Below, one piece after another: positions 1-11,565 of a stretch of 64,000 nucleotides of DNA. Every line of letters begins with the position of its first letter. The first letter of the stretch is position 1. The notes under the pieces are model-generated. The model had not been told where the DNA came from. It worked only from the letters and a program-made list of their open reading frames with translations, and did not search any database. The stretch is from the human T2T-CHM13v2.0 reference genome, Homo sapiens. Made by a program: the position numbers and the translations under genes. Where the stretch lies: assembly GCF_009914755.1 (NCBI RefSeq), contig NC_060925.1, one strand, 5' to 3'.

Positions 1-1349
1 ACTTAATCAGTTGGATTGGAAGTTGAGCCAGCAGGTTTGAACCTTGTTCTTAGTTTTAAACCAGGGCAAATTACTGGTGCTTTGGTTTTCTAATGCCTGT
101 AAATTAGAGCTTCTGAGCCATGTGGGGAGCAACCCCTACCCGCAAAGGAGTGATGTAATGTCTGGGGGCTGCAATGGTTTTTTCCTTTGAGATGGATACC
201 ATATAAGCTAGTGGTGATACTTACTTTATGATAGTGACAGGGAAAGCTACTGCCAAGAGTAATTGATGTGACCCACACATAGTCCCAGAGCCAAGGAGCT
301 AGATGGGATCTTCCTGCCTGAGGAGGCCAAGCGTCTGGCCTTCAAGCATTCTTCTCTGCTGTGATGTTGTTTCCCGTCCTGAAAAGCAGGGAGGAAATGA
401 TCAATCAGTGTGCCTCAACCTGGAGCCGATTGGCTGTGGTTGCTAAGTTTTCTTCCCTCTGAGCAGCCCTCCCTGTGATTCTGAAGCAGCTCATTCGGAG
501 TGTTACAACAGACATCTTGATGGGATTCAAAAATGTTGGGCAGCATGGTTATCTGGTCTTCTTCTGTAAGGATGACTGTGAGGTGTGCCAGCCCATTCCC
601 GTAGGGACACACCTAACCCGACGCCCTCCCAAGGGCTGAATTGTTCTGAGCTGTCCAGGCTTGGGCTATGTCAGGTTCTGAGCACTGAAGTGTAGTGGAG
701 GGTATATGACAAAGAGGCGACAGAGCTGATTACCCTGCTTGTTTTCTTTTATTTATTCAGTGGTCTTGGAACTGGGCAAGAGGATTTTATGGATTAGCTC
801 CTGGAAGACACACACTAGAACTAACATAGTAAGATTGTGTTTAGGCTGTCAGAGCCACCTCCAGGGTGAGAACGATTTTAGAGAAATATCCTTTGTGTAG
901 CAATACAGGAACCTATGCTGGCTCAACAGCTGCCCTTTTGGAAACTGCCAGCCGAAGGGGCCTGTTGATGAGCTGTTTACTGCCACTGGGGCTTCCCAAA
1001 TGGGAAGTCTCTGCTAAAGGAGTTCATTGTTCAGCATGTCTAGTGGACCCTGGCTCCTAACAGCTGGATTCTTTTGAACATAATAAACATTTCTAGAACA
1101 GGTTTTCTTGGTGAGCTTTTAGCTTCCTTTTAATAGGCACATCACTTGCCTGCCTTTAGTTCTATGAAGTTCAACATAAATGTTGACTTTAGTGATGCAG
1201 TGGGACAAAACAGTATTATATTTCTCATCAGTTCCCTCCCTGTCTCCCTTCCCCTGTCATTGTTTTCCAGAGGTAAAGTACATTTATGGAGAACATCGGG
1301 GTGAATGCCAAAGCGGCTTATGTTCTAAAATAGTGAAAAGAATTGTGCA

Positions 1350-1510
1350 GTTGGAGTTAGACCTATGGTTTGAGACTCAGCTTTGGGACTGAGCAAATCA
1401 TTTCACGTGATCAATTTTCTAAGCTCCAGTTTCCTCATTAGGAAAAAAGAAGACAAAGTAATACTTGTTGTAATGGAATTAAATGAGATAATGTCTTCAG
1501 AATGCCATGT
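1350..1510 (+). mobile_element. MIR SINE fragment (hosts a candidate alternative UCK2 exon)
   Basis: MIR core-like sequence cagtttcctcatt...ttgttgtaatggaattaaatgagataatg. Confidence 0.65.
1473..1508 (+). CDS. UCK2: Candidate alternative first coding segment of UCK2 (MELNEIMSSECH), phase 0, joins exon 2 in frame
   Basis: gtaATGg strong Kozak at 1473; CAT|GTAAGT donor at 1508/1509; phase matches exon 2 start (TCT). Confidence 0.55.
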
Positions 1511-1819
1511 AAGTAAAGAAATTGTGAATCACCTTCACTGATTTGTTCCATAGATTTTGTTTTTTCCTTTCTTAAAATACCTTGTATTGACCTTCACCTA
1601 ACTTTGTATTTGGACAACACCCAACAGTCCTAGCAGACCTTTAACCCTCCCGACTCCAATTTCAGTAATGTGTTAGAAGTGGCAGGGACAGAATATATTC
1701 TGGATTCATTCACTAAATATAGAGATATTATACAAAATGAAGCTGAACTCACGCTCCAGTGGGCAGTGTCAGTTTGCCTGTGAGACAGCGCTATGCAGCT
1801 GCAGCCACTAAGTGTCTAG

Positions 1820-1995
1820 GCACTGGAGATGGACGGCTAGAGTGGGAATCCTGGCTCCATTCAACCTCTCTTTGCCTCTATGTTTGCCATCAGTGGTGTG
1901 GATATGATAATAATTCCCATCACATAAGCTTGTGGTATGCAAATGAGATCATTTTAAAGTGCTGAGCCCAGTACCTAGCATATAGAAAGAAATGG
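1820..1995 (+). mobile_element. MIR SINE fragment
   Basis: aacctctctttgcctcta...aaatgagatcattttaaagtgctgagcccagtacctagca resembles MIR 3' half. Confidence 0.55.
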
Positions 1996-2017
1996 GGCTT
2001 TTATTATAGTGATAATA

Positions 2018-2290
2018 ATTTTTAATTGTGGTAAAATACACATAACATAAAATTTACCATCGTAACCGTCTTTAAGTGTACATCTCAGTGGTGTTGAGTA
2101 TATTCACATTATTGGATGACCAAATTCCAGAACCCTTTCATTATATAAAATCCATTCAACAACTCTTCATTTTCCCCTCCCCTCAGCCCCTGGCAACCAC
2201 CATTTAACTTTCCGTTTCTATGAATTTGACTTTGCATAGTGCATTTCACTTTGCATAGTGAAATCCTATGGTATTTGTCTTTTTGTGACT
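2018..2290 (-). mobile_element. L1MB-type LINE-1 3' end fragment
   Basis: ttttaattgtggtaaaatacacataacataaaatttaccatc... typical reverse-complement L1M 3' UTR. Confidence 0.75.
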
Positions 2291-2402
2291 ATTAATATAA
2301 TTGTTAAGTCTTAGCCCACTGTAACAGTTGTACCCTTTCCCATTTTAGATTTCTATAGGCTCAGGATTGCCTGCCTTCTCAAACCCTGGTTATTGGTGGA
2401 TT

Positions 2403-2723
2403 ATTTCTCTTTCTTTTCTTTTTTTCTCTCTTATTTTTTTAGAGATAGAGTCTTGCTCTGTTGCCCAGGCTGGAGTGCAGTGGCATGATCATGGCTCACT
2501 GCAGCCTTGATCTCCTGGGCTCAAGCAGTCCTCCTGCCTTAGCCTGCCACACGTAGCTGGGACTACAGGCACAAACACCATGCCTAGATAATTTCTGAAT
2601 TTGTGTAGAGGTGGGGTCTCACAGTGTTGCCCACCCTGGGCTTGAACTCCTGGGCTCAAGTGATCCTCCTGCCCTAGCTTCTCAAGTCACTGGGATTATA
2701 GGTGCACGCCACTGTGCCCAGCT
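2403..2723 (-). mobile_element. Alu (AluJ-like), antisense
   Basis: T-rich tail then gagatagagtcttgctctgttgcccaggctggagtgcagtgg...ccactgtgcccagc. Confidence 0.9.
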
Positions 2724-4397
2724 GAATTATTCTTAAGGAACAAGATGACACCTCAGAGCTCCATTTCATCCTTTTGAAGAGAGGGGCAGGATTAGGCAAA
2801 AGGAGAACACAGAGATGATAGTGAAAGAGATACAGAGGTGAGTGTTAAGTAAGCGAAAGAGCATTTATTCAGGGCAGAGTAGAGTCTCTTTGTGGGACTC
2901 CTCCTTCCCTCCCTGCCTTCTTCCCTACCAGGTAAAAATTCAAACCTACACAACAATAGAGAGGATGATATAACCAAACCCTATGTACATGTCAGCCAGA
3001 TTCAACAGTTACCCGGATTTTTTAGGGCCCATTTGTAATATGGCCCAGGAGGAAGAAAATGCCTGAACAATCTAGATTAACCTAGAGGCAGGTGTTTCTT
3101 TGCTTATTTGTGCAATTTTATTTATCTCCTTCCTGATAAAGGGCTTCTTCTGCCTTGGGACTTCTTACTATCTAAGGTTGAGGTAAAGAGCCAGGACTCT
3201 ATGAAATCACATTACTTAACTTGGTTTCCTCATCCATGTAGGAGAGCACATGTGGCTTCTAAAGGTGGTCATAATGGAGTGTTTGGCACAGGGACTGCTG
3301 CCTAATAAGTAATCATTTACACTGTTAGCAGTGGTAGTGTGTTTGTGGAAGGGAAGGGTCACCAGCCAGGTCCTTGAAAACACAGGACTGAAACATGCAG
3401 CGGGGGATCAACACAATTAGTCATACTGTATCATTGATCAAGGGTTGGGATGAGCGCTGATTTTCTAGAATTGCACCTACTGTATGTTCATTATCCCATT
3501 TTACTGGCCATTGTACAGGTTCTGTCCTAGATTGTGCTGGGTTAAGGGAAACAGTAGTTTATCTGCAAAATTAGGTAGTGTAACTTTTTAATATGCTTTT
3601 TTGATGGTGATGGGATTGCTATTTACATTAAAAACATTTTATGGGTTTTAAATATAAATAAAAATATCACAATTTGAATAACTAGATAATATACATTTGG
3701 CTTCGTGAATCACTTTTTTGTTTTTGTTCTTTGGAATTCTAGGAGGAATTCTATCTACTAATAAAGGCTGCAGACTTTATCTTCCTACAACCTTAGGACG
3801 TAAGAAACGTCCTAAGATAGATGCCTGGGAGGAAAAGGAAATTGAGGGCCTACAGGTGTTTAAAAACCTATAGTTTATAATTGCTTAGAGCCTTTGATTT
3901 CCCCCCCCACCCATCCATCTGTAGCACCCAGAGAGCCTTGGTTTTGTAACATTTTCACTTTTGAATCTAGTTTATCATATGAAAGTTTTACTGTTCTGTG
4001 ATATTTTGGGGCATGGGAGGATCTGTGGTCCCAAAGTCCAGAGTAGTTTTAAATGTTTTTCTGTGTTAATATGCAAAAGTATCATGAAGGCGAAATAAAT
4101 TGTTTGCAAATAATTGAGTCAAAATATTATTGTTCCTCCAAAGATCCTTACTTAGTCGTGTGTCACAGCTTGTATAACAGGACGTATTTTGCAGAGCTGT
4201 TTAGTTTGCACTGACTTGTGCAACAGGAATGGCCAGTTTTCCTTACGCTCAGGGCAATCAAACACAACTTTATAAGAATTGTAACTTTAAAAGATTTCAT
4301 ATTTTTGTTGTTGTTGTTGTTAAAATCGTTGATGAAATAAATTCAATAGTAAAACTTCTAAGATTTGAGTCATCAAACCTCTAAATATGCTGTTTTT

Positions 4398-4716
4398 CTG
4401 TTCTGTTCTGTTCTGTTCTTTTCTCTTTTTTCTTTTTTTTTGATGCAGTCTCACTCTGTTGCCCAGGTTGGAGTACATGGCACGATCTCAGCTGACTGCA
4501 ACCTTTGTGTCTTGGGTTCAGGCGATTTTCCTGGCTCAGCCTCCCGAGTAGCTGGGACTACAGGCATGTGCCACCATGCCTGGCTAATTTTTGTATTTTT
4601 AGTAGAGGCAGGGTTTCACCATGTTGGCCAGGCTAGTCTCAAACTGACTTCAGGTGATCCACCCACCTTGGCCTCTTAAACTGTGGGATTATAGGTGTGA
4701 GCTACCCTGCCTGGCC
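4398..4716 (-). mobile_element. Alu (AluS-like), antisense, with TSD taaatatgctgtttttc
   Basis: Full dimeric Alu; direct repeat at ~4382 and ~4717. Confidence 0.92.
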
Positions 4717-4760
4717 TAAATATGCTGTTTTTCCTTTCTATTTATTCGGTTGACCAGTTT

Positions 4761-4911
4761 CTTTCTTCTTCTTTTTTTTTTTTTTTTTTTTTTTTTGAGA
4801 TGGGGTCTCACTGTGTTGCCCAGGCTGGTCTCGAATTCCTGACCTCAAGCAATCCACCCCCTTCAGCCTCCCAAAGTTATGGGATTACAGGCATGGGCCA
4901 CCGTGCCCGGC
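4761..4911 (-). mobile_element. Alu monomer (FLAM-like), antisense
   Basis: Long poly-T followed by a single Alu arm. Confidence 0.85.
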
Positions 4912-5818
4912 AGGTCAATCAGTTTCATTAGAAGACTTGGGTTATGTCTCCTACAGCTTGTGTAATACAGACATTTTTATTTTTACATTAGTCTTTGTAT
5001 GAAATGAAAAAAGAAATCAGTTATTTGATAAATACAATCCTTCACTATCTCATTCTATTGAATGCACTTGTTTCATAATGTTCCTTTTACGAAGAGTATA
5101 TTGAAGGGAAAAAGGGGCAGACACATGTATTACTATCTGTTTTTCTTTTTTTTAAATTTTAGGATACATGTATTACTAACAACAACACACAAAGCATGTA
5201 GGTTTGAGTTCATTTGGAGTTGGCTTCTCCACTCTTGTTTGGGATACTCCTAAGTTGTTTTAGATGTTGGTGGTGTTTGTATTCCTTGTCACCCTGTCTG
5301 TGGTGACACACGTTTGTGAAAAGGCCACCTGGTTTACTGTAGATGTGAAGTCATGGCTGTGGACTGGAGCAAAAGTAACCAACAGAAGTAGGATTAACGC
5401 TGTGAGCATAGCCTTCTTGCTAACTAGCTGAGCTCTCTGGCCATGGTTTTTGGTTCCGTTGATATAAAGAGATGTGCAGGGGCTGAGTGGCATTCCATGG
5501 ATGTGCAGTCACCTTGTGATTCCAAGGCCCTGTAGCCCCTCAGCACATCATCACCATGCCTTCATTCTACTTTCTGCTGCCTTTTTTGTCTGTCTATACC
5601 AGGGCACAAGCAGACAGGATCAGGTAGCCCTACCTTTATCAGTGGCTCTGGGAAAGGCTCTTCTGGAGGAGGAGGTGGTGTGTGCTGCCCTCCTTCCCCC
5701 ACCATCACTGCAAGTACCTGACAGTAGTAAGCTGTGTTAAGGGAAGGGAGGAAGGAACTTTGGGGATCCTAAGACTTCTCTGTCACAGGCGTGTAAGGCG
5801 GACTCTTCTCCGTTAGCC

Positions 5819-6172
5819 TTTTTTTTTTTTTTTTTTTAATTTAACTTTTAAGTTCAGGGGTTTGTTACATAGGTAAACTTGTGTCACAGAGGTTTGTTAT
5901 ACAGATTATTTCATCACCCAGGTATTAAGCCTAGTACCCATTAGTTATTTTTCCTTATCCTCTGCTTCCTCCCACCCGCCACCTCCAGCAGGCCCCAGTG
6001 TGTGTTGTTCCCCTCCCTGTGTCCATGCATTCTCATCATTTAGCTCCCACTTACAAGTGGGAACATGCAGTATTTGGTTTTCTGTTCCTGTGTTAGTTTG
6101 CTAAGGATAGTGTCCTCTAGCTCCATCCATGTTCCCACATGAGACGTGATCTTATTCTTTTTATGGCTGCAT
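5819..6172 (-). mobile_element. L1PA 3' end fragment, antisense, ~160 nt upstream of the exon 2 acceptor
   Basis: poly-T then aacttttaagttcagggg...ggtttgttatacagattatttcatcacccaggtattaagcctagtaccc; approximate TSD tcc.ttagcc. Confidence 0.9.
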
Positions 6173-6333
6173 CCCTTAGCCCTTTAACTCATCATGCACG
6201 ATAGCTGCCTTTGGATTCTTCCTTCCAGAGCCCCTTCTTGGAAGGTGTGCATCAGCTTGGTTACTCTCGGGACTTCCTCTGTACCACACGTGCCCTTTCT
6301 CTTATTCCTGGGTGCTCTCTTCTCTCCTCACAG

Positions 6334-6493
6334 TCTTCCGTGTGTGCTAAGATCGTGCAGCTCCTGGGGCAGAATGAGGTGGACTATCGCCAGAAGCAGG
6401 TGGTCATCCTGAGCCAGGATAGCTTCTACCGTGTCCTTACCTCGGAGCAGAAGGCCAAAGCCCTGAAGGGCCAGTTCAACTTTGACCACCCGG
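6334..6493 (+). CDS. UCK2: UCK2 exon 2 ([53 protein letters not shown])
   Basis: Translation matches human UCK2; polypyrimidine+CAG acceptor at 6331-6333; G|GTGAGT donor; 160 nt. Confidence 0.98.
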
Positions 6494-7355
6494 GTGAGTC
6501 GGGCATTGAAGGGGGTATGTATGTGTATTGGTGTGTTGGGGGGAATAGTTTTATTTTGCTCATGAGGAAGTTGCTTAACCTCTCGGAATCTTGTTTCTAT
6601 CTAGAACGTAGGGACTTGATAACTACCTTGCAGTGTTATTGTGGGGCTTATGTGAAAGAAGGAATTTTCAAATGCTTCAAGTAGTGCTTGGCTCATTAAA
6701 TACTGATTGAATCTGTATCTGAACAAAGGTGATTTTGTATGAGCCTGGGACTCAAGATGGGCCAGACATGAGGTCGAACATACAGAGCTAGTCCTGCTGC
6801 CTCTGATCTGAGGCAGCCCTCGTCAGACCCTCCTCCTCAGGTGTACATGTGTGTTCAACCCACTGTCTGGCAGAGAGGGAGATGGAGGGGCAGGGTGGCT
6901 GCCAGAGTGGTTTTTGCCCTACAGCCCTAGATCAGCACACTGCTCCTTTAGCTGGCTTGGGTTTCTTATAATTGTTAGAAGCAAACCTGGGCATGGTGCC
7001 TATTGTGTGTACTCCCCCAGTCATGGGTTTGCTTTCCAGGTCAGTTTAGCATGTGCCAATCCTAGGATGATAACAGCTAAACTTGGAGAGGGGAAAGAAC
7101 TGACTGAAGTCAGGGATGGAATGTCAAAGGAGAGAAAAAAGAAATCTATTTGTCAGAACTCATTTATACACCCTATTTTGAGATACAGGGAGCATCCATT
7201 CTGCTTTGGGTAAAAATCCAGCTTTTTAGGGAGCAGTATGATTACCTTTAAAGTGTGATGTGCCCATATACATGTTTATGAGGATGCCTTGTGTATGATT
7301 ATAGGAGATCCTATTTTAAAATTAAGAAACATTTTAACAATTTGGTATTTTTCAG

Positions 7356-7452
7356 ATGCCTTTGACAATGAACTCATTCTCAAAACACTCAAAGAAATCA
7401 CTGAAGGGAAAACAGTCCAGATCCCCGTGTATGACTTTGTCTCCCATTCCCG
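7356..7452 (+). CDS. UCK2: UCK2 exon 3 ([33 protein letters not shown])
   Basis: ttttcag acceptor, CG|GTAAGT donor, 97 nt, phases consistent with neighbours. Confidence 0.98.
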
Positions 7453-8180
7453 GTAAGTGAGCTGTTCTGGGCCAGGGATGGCACCCACTGCTCCGCAGAG
7501 CATCCCTGGTCTGCACTGAGACCTCCTTCCTTACCTCTCGCACTTCAGACCTCTGTCCTACCCCTGCCTAATGCCATTCCAGCTGGTCAGTGGAGTGGGT
7601 GGTGGCAGCAGTGTGTGCTGTGGGATTGTAGAGGTTGGGGAGTTCATCTGAGCGCTCCCTGGAACAGTCCTGTTGTCACGATTCCTTAACTCTGAAGGAT
7701 GGGATCGTGATTTCAGCTTGAGGGACTGCATGTGCATTCTGATCCACATTCCAGTGCTGTTGTTCCTGGAACAAGATGTAAGGGGAGGGGTAGAGGAAGG
7801 GCAGGAAGAAGAGCAAAGAAAACTGTTTTTTCTGCTGTCCTGGTTTACTTGGGATTGGACAATGTGGAGAGGCATGAGGTCACCAGATCGTGATCTCAGA
7901 ATTAACCAAGCCCTCCAGAAAGCTTCTCAGTGGAATCAAACCAGTCCTTTCCAGTGAAGCCTCAATTTTAGTGCTCCTGATTAGGAATAGAGGAGTGGCC
8001 ACACTTCCACCTCATCCTCCTTCCCTTTGAGTGATGGGAATGGGCTCCTAGAAGATTGCACTCCTGCTGGCCAGACCCCAGGCTCCTTCAGAGCGTCTCA
8101 GACCTGAATGTAGAACACACACATCTTCCCATGAGTCTGAACTAGAGAGCATGGTGACGATTTGGTTGCAGGAGGAAGAT

Positions 8181-8200
8181 GAGAGAGAGAGAGAGAGAGA
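8181..8200. repeat. (GA)10 microsatellite
   Basis: gagagagagagagagagaga. Confidence 0.9.
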
Positions 8201-8889
8201 ATGAGCATGCATGTGTGTGCGTTGAGGTGTAGAGGGGGCTGTTTTGGTGCTTACCTCCATGCCTCACCAGAATCTTCTGAAACACTTCCTTCTATGGGCC
8301 AGGTTCTTCTGTGTAGGAGAGAGGAGAGTGAAAGATCAGGATACCATCCTCACGCCTCCCGTGTCACTCTGTTTTCCTAACCCAACCACTGCAGATCATG
8401 GAGGAATGAATGAAGGCATTTCGTATAGGATTTGGAGCTTACACGAACATCAAGGCTGGGAGAGTGAAGGCCTGGAAGTTTATAGCCAGAGAATCAGACA
8501 AAATAGTCCCCACTGACTCTAGCCTGAGGCACTGGAGCAGAAGCTGGGGTTCATGGAAAAGTCCAAGAAACCACCATGTCTGGGTTTGCAGCCTCAATCT
8601 GGGAGCTTATGGACTGTTTGCAAAGTTTCCCTGTCTCAGTATTATGATCTCCTGAATATTGTGGATTTTGCTTCACTCTCACCTTCGAAGTCTCTTGTTG
8701 GCGTAGTAACCTGGAAGCATGTGGGGCAAGGGATTCTGAGAATTGTAGTTCTCCCTTAGGGGGAAGTGGTGGTGGTGTCACGTTGACAAGAGACATTCCA
8801 GCCCACCACTTCCCAAGTAAAGAATTAAAATGCAGCATGATGGCTAAGGCAAGGGCCTGCAGAAGAATGTAAAGGAGGGAGGAAGAGCA

Positions 8890-9420
8890 GGGGATTCAGA
8901 GCAGGTTGTATGGAGGAGGTGATATTTAAGCTTTAGATAGGAAAGGATAAGAAGTTGTTTGGGAAAGGGATTTCCAAGGTGCTGGGTAGGGAAGCATTTC
9001 AGAGCTAGGCATGGATCAGCTTGGTTGGGGCATGGCAGTGGAGAGGTGTGGAGGAATGGGAGTGGGTGTGTGGGAAGGCAGGCAGACCTCAGGTCATGAA
9101 GGGCCATAGGCGGCAGGGCCAGGAGCACAGACATTTTGGCAATAGGGAGCTACAGATGGGTCTATTGTTGTAGTGGAAAGGTCATTGTGGTGGCAGGAGG
9201 AGAGAGGATCTGCAATGCCATTTGTGAAGAAGCCTTTGGAACAGCCCCAGTGAGAGTCTGATAAGGGCCTGAAAGAAAGCAGTGGAACTGAGCATGGTTG
9301 ACAGGAGCCAGGGCCTGACCAGTGCAGTCTAGGAGTGGAGGAGGGAAGTTGAAGACCTCGTGCATCATGAGTTCCATCAAGTTGATATGCCAACAAAAGA
9401 AAATCCTGGTAGAATTCCCA
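8890..9420 (+). mobile_element. Degenerate L2 LINE fragment
   Basis: ggaggaggtgatatttaagct...ggaagcatttcagagc...gggccatagg, purine-rich L2-like text; boundaries approximate. Confidence 0.45.
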
Positions 9421-10076
9421 GTGCAGACATGTTTCACGTTTCCTCCTGATTTATCTCATACCTTATATTTTAAAACCTTATCCTTTAGTGGCTCAAAGCT
9501 CATGTCTTAGAAACTTTCACTGATCACCCTAGACCCATATCCACCCCTTTCCTACCTCCTTGCAAATCTTAAGGGCCACTTAATTGGACATCGAGCCATT
9601 CAGGGTTAACTGATTCCATCCCACCCATGGGCGTTTGGTACAAACAAAAATTTGTTGGGCTAAAATGAAGAAGACATTTACTTGTTGCAATTACATTTCT
9701 CTGAGCATCCTTTTCCCCATAAGCCAAATGAGATGGTTAGACTGGGTTATCTCAGATGATCTAATTGGCTAGTTTCTTTCTGGGGCTTCCCAGCCAGACT
9801 CTAAATTCCTAAGTGGTATATTATGCCAGGTATGACTCCTTGCACATTCTGGGCTAGTAGTTGCTCAATAAATTTGTTGTTGTTTTTTAAAAACTCTGAG
9901 CTGTTATGACAGTTTTTAGACCTGCGTTTGGACTTGGGAAATGATTAATTCTAACTTCTTAAGGCACCACCAACAAATTAGGCAGTTAATTTTCTCCTTC
10001 CGAAGGAAAACCACTTTTCCTTTTTAGTATTTATCAGTTAGGCATCCTAAAATGCTCTTAATATCTAGTGTCAGTA

Positions 10077-10347
10077 CAGATTGAACATCCCTAATCTAAA
10101 AACCCAAAATGTGAAATGCTCCAAAATCTGAAACTTTTTGAGTGCCAGTGTGACGTTCAAAGGAAATGCTCATTGGAGCATTTCAGATTTTGGATTTTCA
10201 TGTTAGGGAGGCTCATTGTAGATCCTCTCTCCCCCTGCCATATTAGGGATGCCCTAAATATAATGCAGATATTCCAAAATCTGAAAAAAATCCAAAATTC
10301 AAAAATTCTAAACACCTAAGCATTTCATATAAGGGATACTTAACCTG
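10077..10347 (-). mobile_element. Tigger4a-like TcMar DNA transposon MITE
   Basis: Terminal inverted repeats cagattgaacatccct / agggatacttaacctg; internal aaaggaaatgctcattggagcatttcagatttt. Confidence 0.8.
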
Positions 10348-10589
10348 GATATGTAAACTTAGTGCAGCCATTGTGTTCTCTGTTAGTGTGTTCAAGTGGA
10401 CTCTTGCACATACATTCACTTTATTTTTGGACAAAGCCTTCCCACACTCTCCTTGGTGTAGGGGAGTTGCCTAGAGAGTGGCTCACTATTTCACTTACCC
10501 ATTGGTTCTGTTTTCTGAACTTCTCTAGGTTGCCTTCTTATGCACAATGACAATGGGCACACCATTTTCTGGCAGCTGACATTCCTCTA

Positions 10590-10775
10590 GACTGGTGCTT
10601 CTCTACCCTGGCTGCATGTTAGAAATATCTTGGGAGCTTCTAAATAGTGTTGAAGTTCTAGCTCCACTTCAGACTCATTAAATCAGAGCTCCTTGGGGGT
10701 AGGATCCAGGTAGGGATATTTTTATAAGCTTCCCAGATGGTTCTGATATGCATCTCAGATACACCACAATTCTAG
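10590..10775. mobile_element. MER5-family hAT element
   Basis: gtgcttctc...ggctgcatgttagaa...tgggagctt...aaatcaga...cccagatggttctgatatgca. Confidence 0.65.
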
Positions 10776-10980
10776 GGCATTTCCTAATCCTAGTCCTTTT
10801 TTCCCGTCTTCCCTGCCCCGTTCTGCCACTTGCTAGCTACCCTAGCAGTGCCTGCCTTAAAACTCAGACACAAGCCTGTTGGTCCAAGCTGAGAAGGCAT
10901 CAGGAAGTGTTTATGGGAAGGAGTTCCAACGGCACCCTCTTGAGCTGGCCGTTGATACTGACCTCCTTATGTTTGCACAG

Positions 10981-11038
10981 ATGGAACTACTGTTTTAAGA
11001 GACTTTGTTTTATTTGGTTTGCCAGTGTGCTAGTCAGG
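10981..11038 (+). other. UCK2: Candidate 58-nt cassette (poison) exon in UCK2 intron 3
   Basis: Branch-like tactgac ~10957, pyrimidine tract, CACAG acceptor ending 10980, AGG|GTGAGT donor at 11038/11039. Confidence 0.5.
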
Positions 11039-11261
11039 GTGAGTGGAAACCTTGCAATGATGATTATTTCTCTATTTTCAGTGAATTTTGAGCAAGAGGC
11101 AGTTGGTGACATATAAGGTGGGCATAGGACAGAATCAAAAGACAAAACACAGTGAAAGCTGCAGCAAGGCAAAGCTGAGCACAAGCAAGGCCATCTGTGA
11201 AAGCCCGTCGCCTAACCGTTTAGCAATGTTTCACCCTTCTTGCTTTTTGAAAAGTCATGTT

Positions 11262-11565
11262 GGTTGAGCTTGGTAGCTCATGCCTGTAATCCTAGCACTT
11301 TGGGAGGCTGAGGTGGGTGGGTTGCATGAGTCCAGGAGTTATAGACCAGCCTGGGCAATATGGTAAAACCCCGTTTCTACCAAAAATACAAAAATTAGCC
11401 TGGGGTGGTGGTGTGCATCTGTAGTCCTAGACACTTAGGGGGCTGAGGCGGGAGGATCGCCTGAGCCTGGGAAGTTGAGGCTGCAGTGAGTCCAAGATTG
11501 CGCCGCTGCACTCCAGCCTCCTGGGTGACAAAGTGAGACCCTGTCTCCAAAAACAAGAAAAAGAA
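11262..11565 (+). mobile_element. Alu (AluJ-like), sense, TSD gaaaagtcatgtt
   Basis: Full dimer; direct repeat at 11249 and ~11567. Confidence 0.92.

Noticed and set aside
6211-6684. 157-aa ORF containing UCK2 sequence
   Set aside because: Exon 2 plus read-through of flanking intron; the true coding part is 6334-6493
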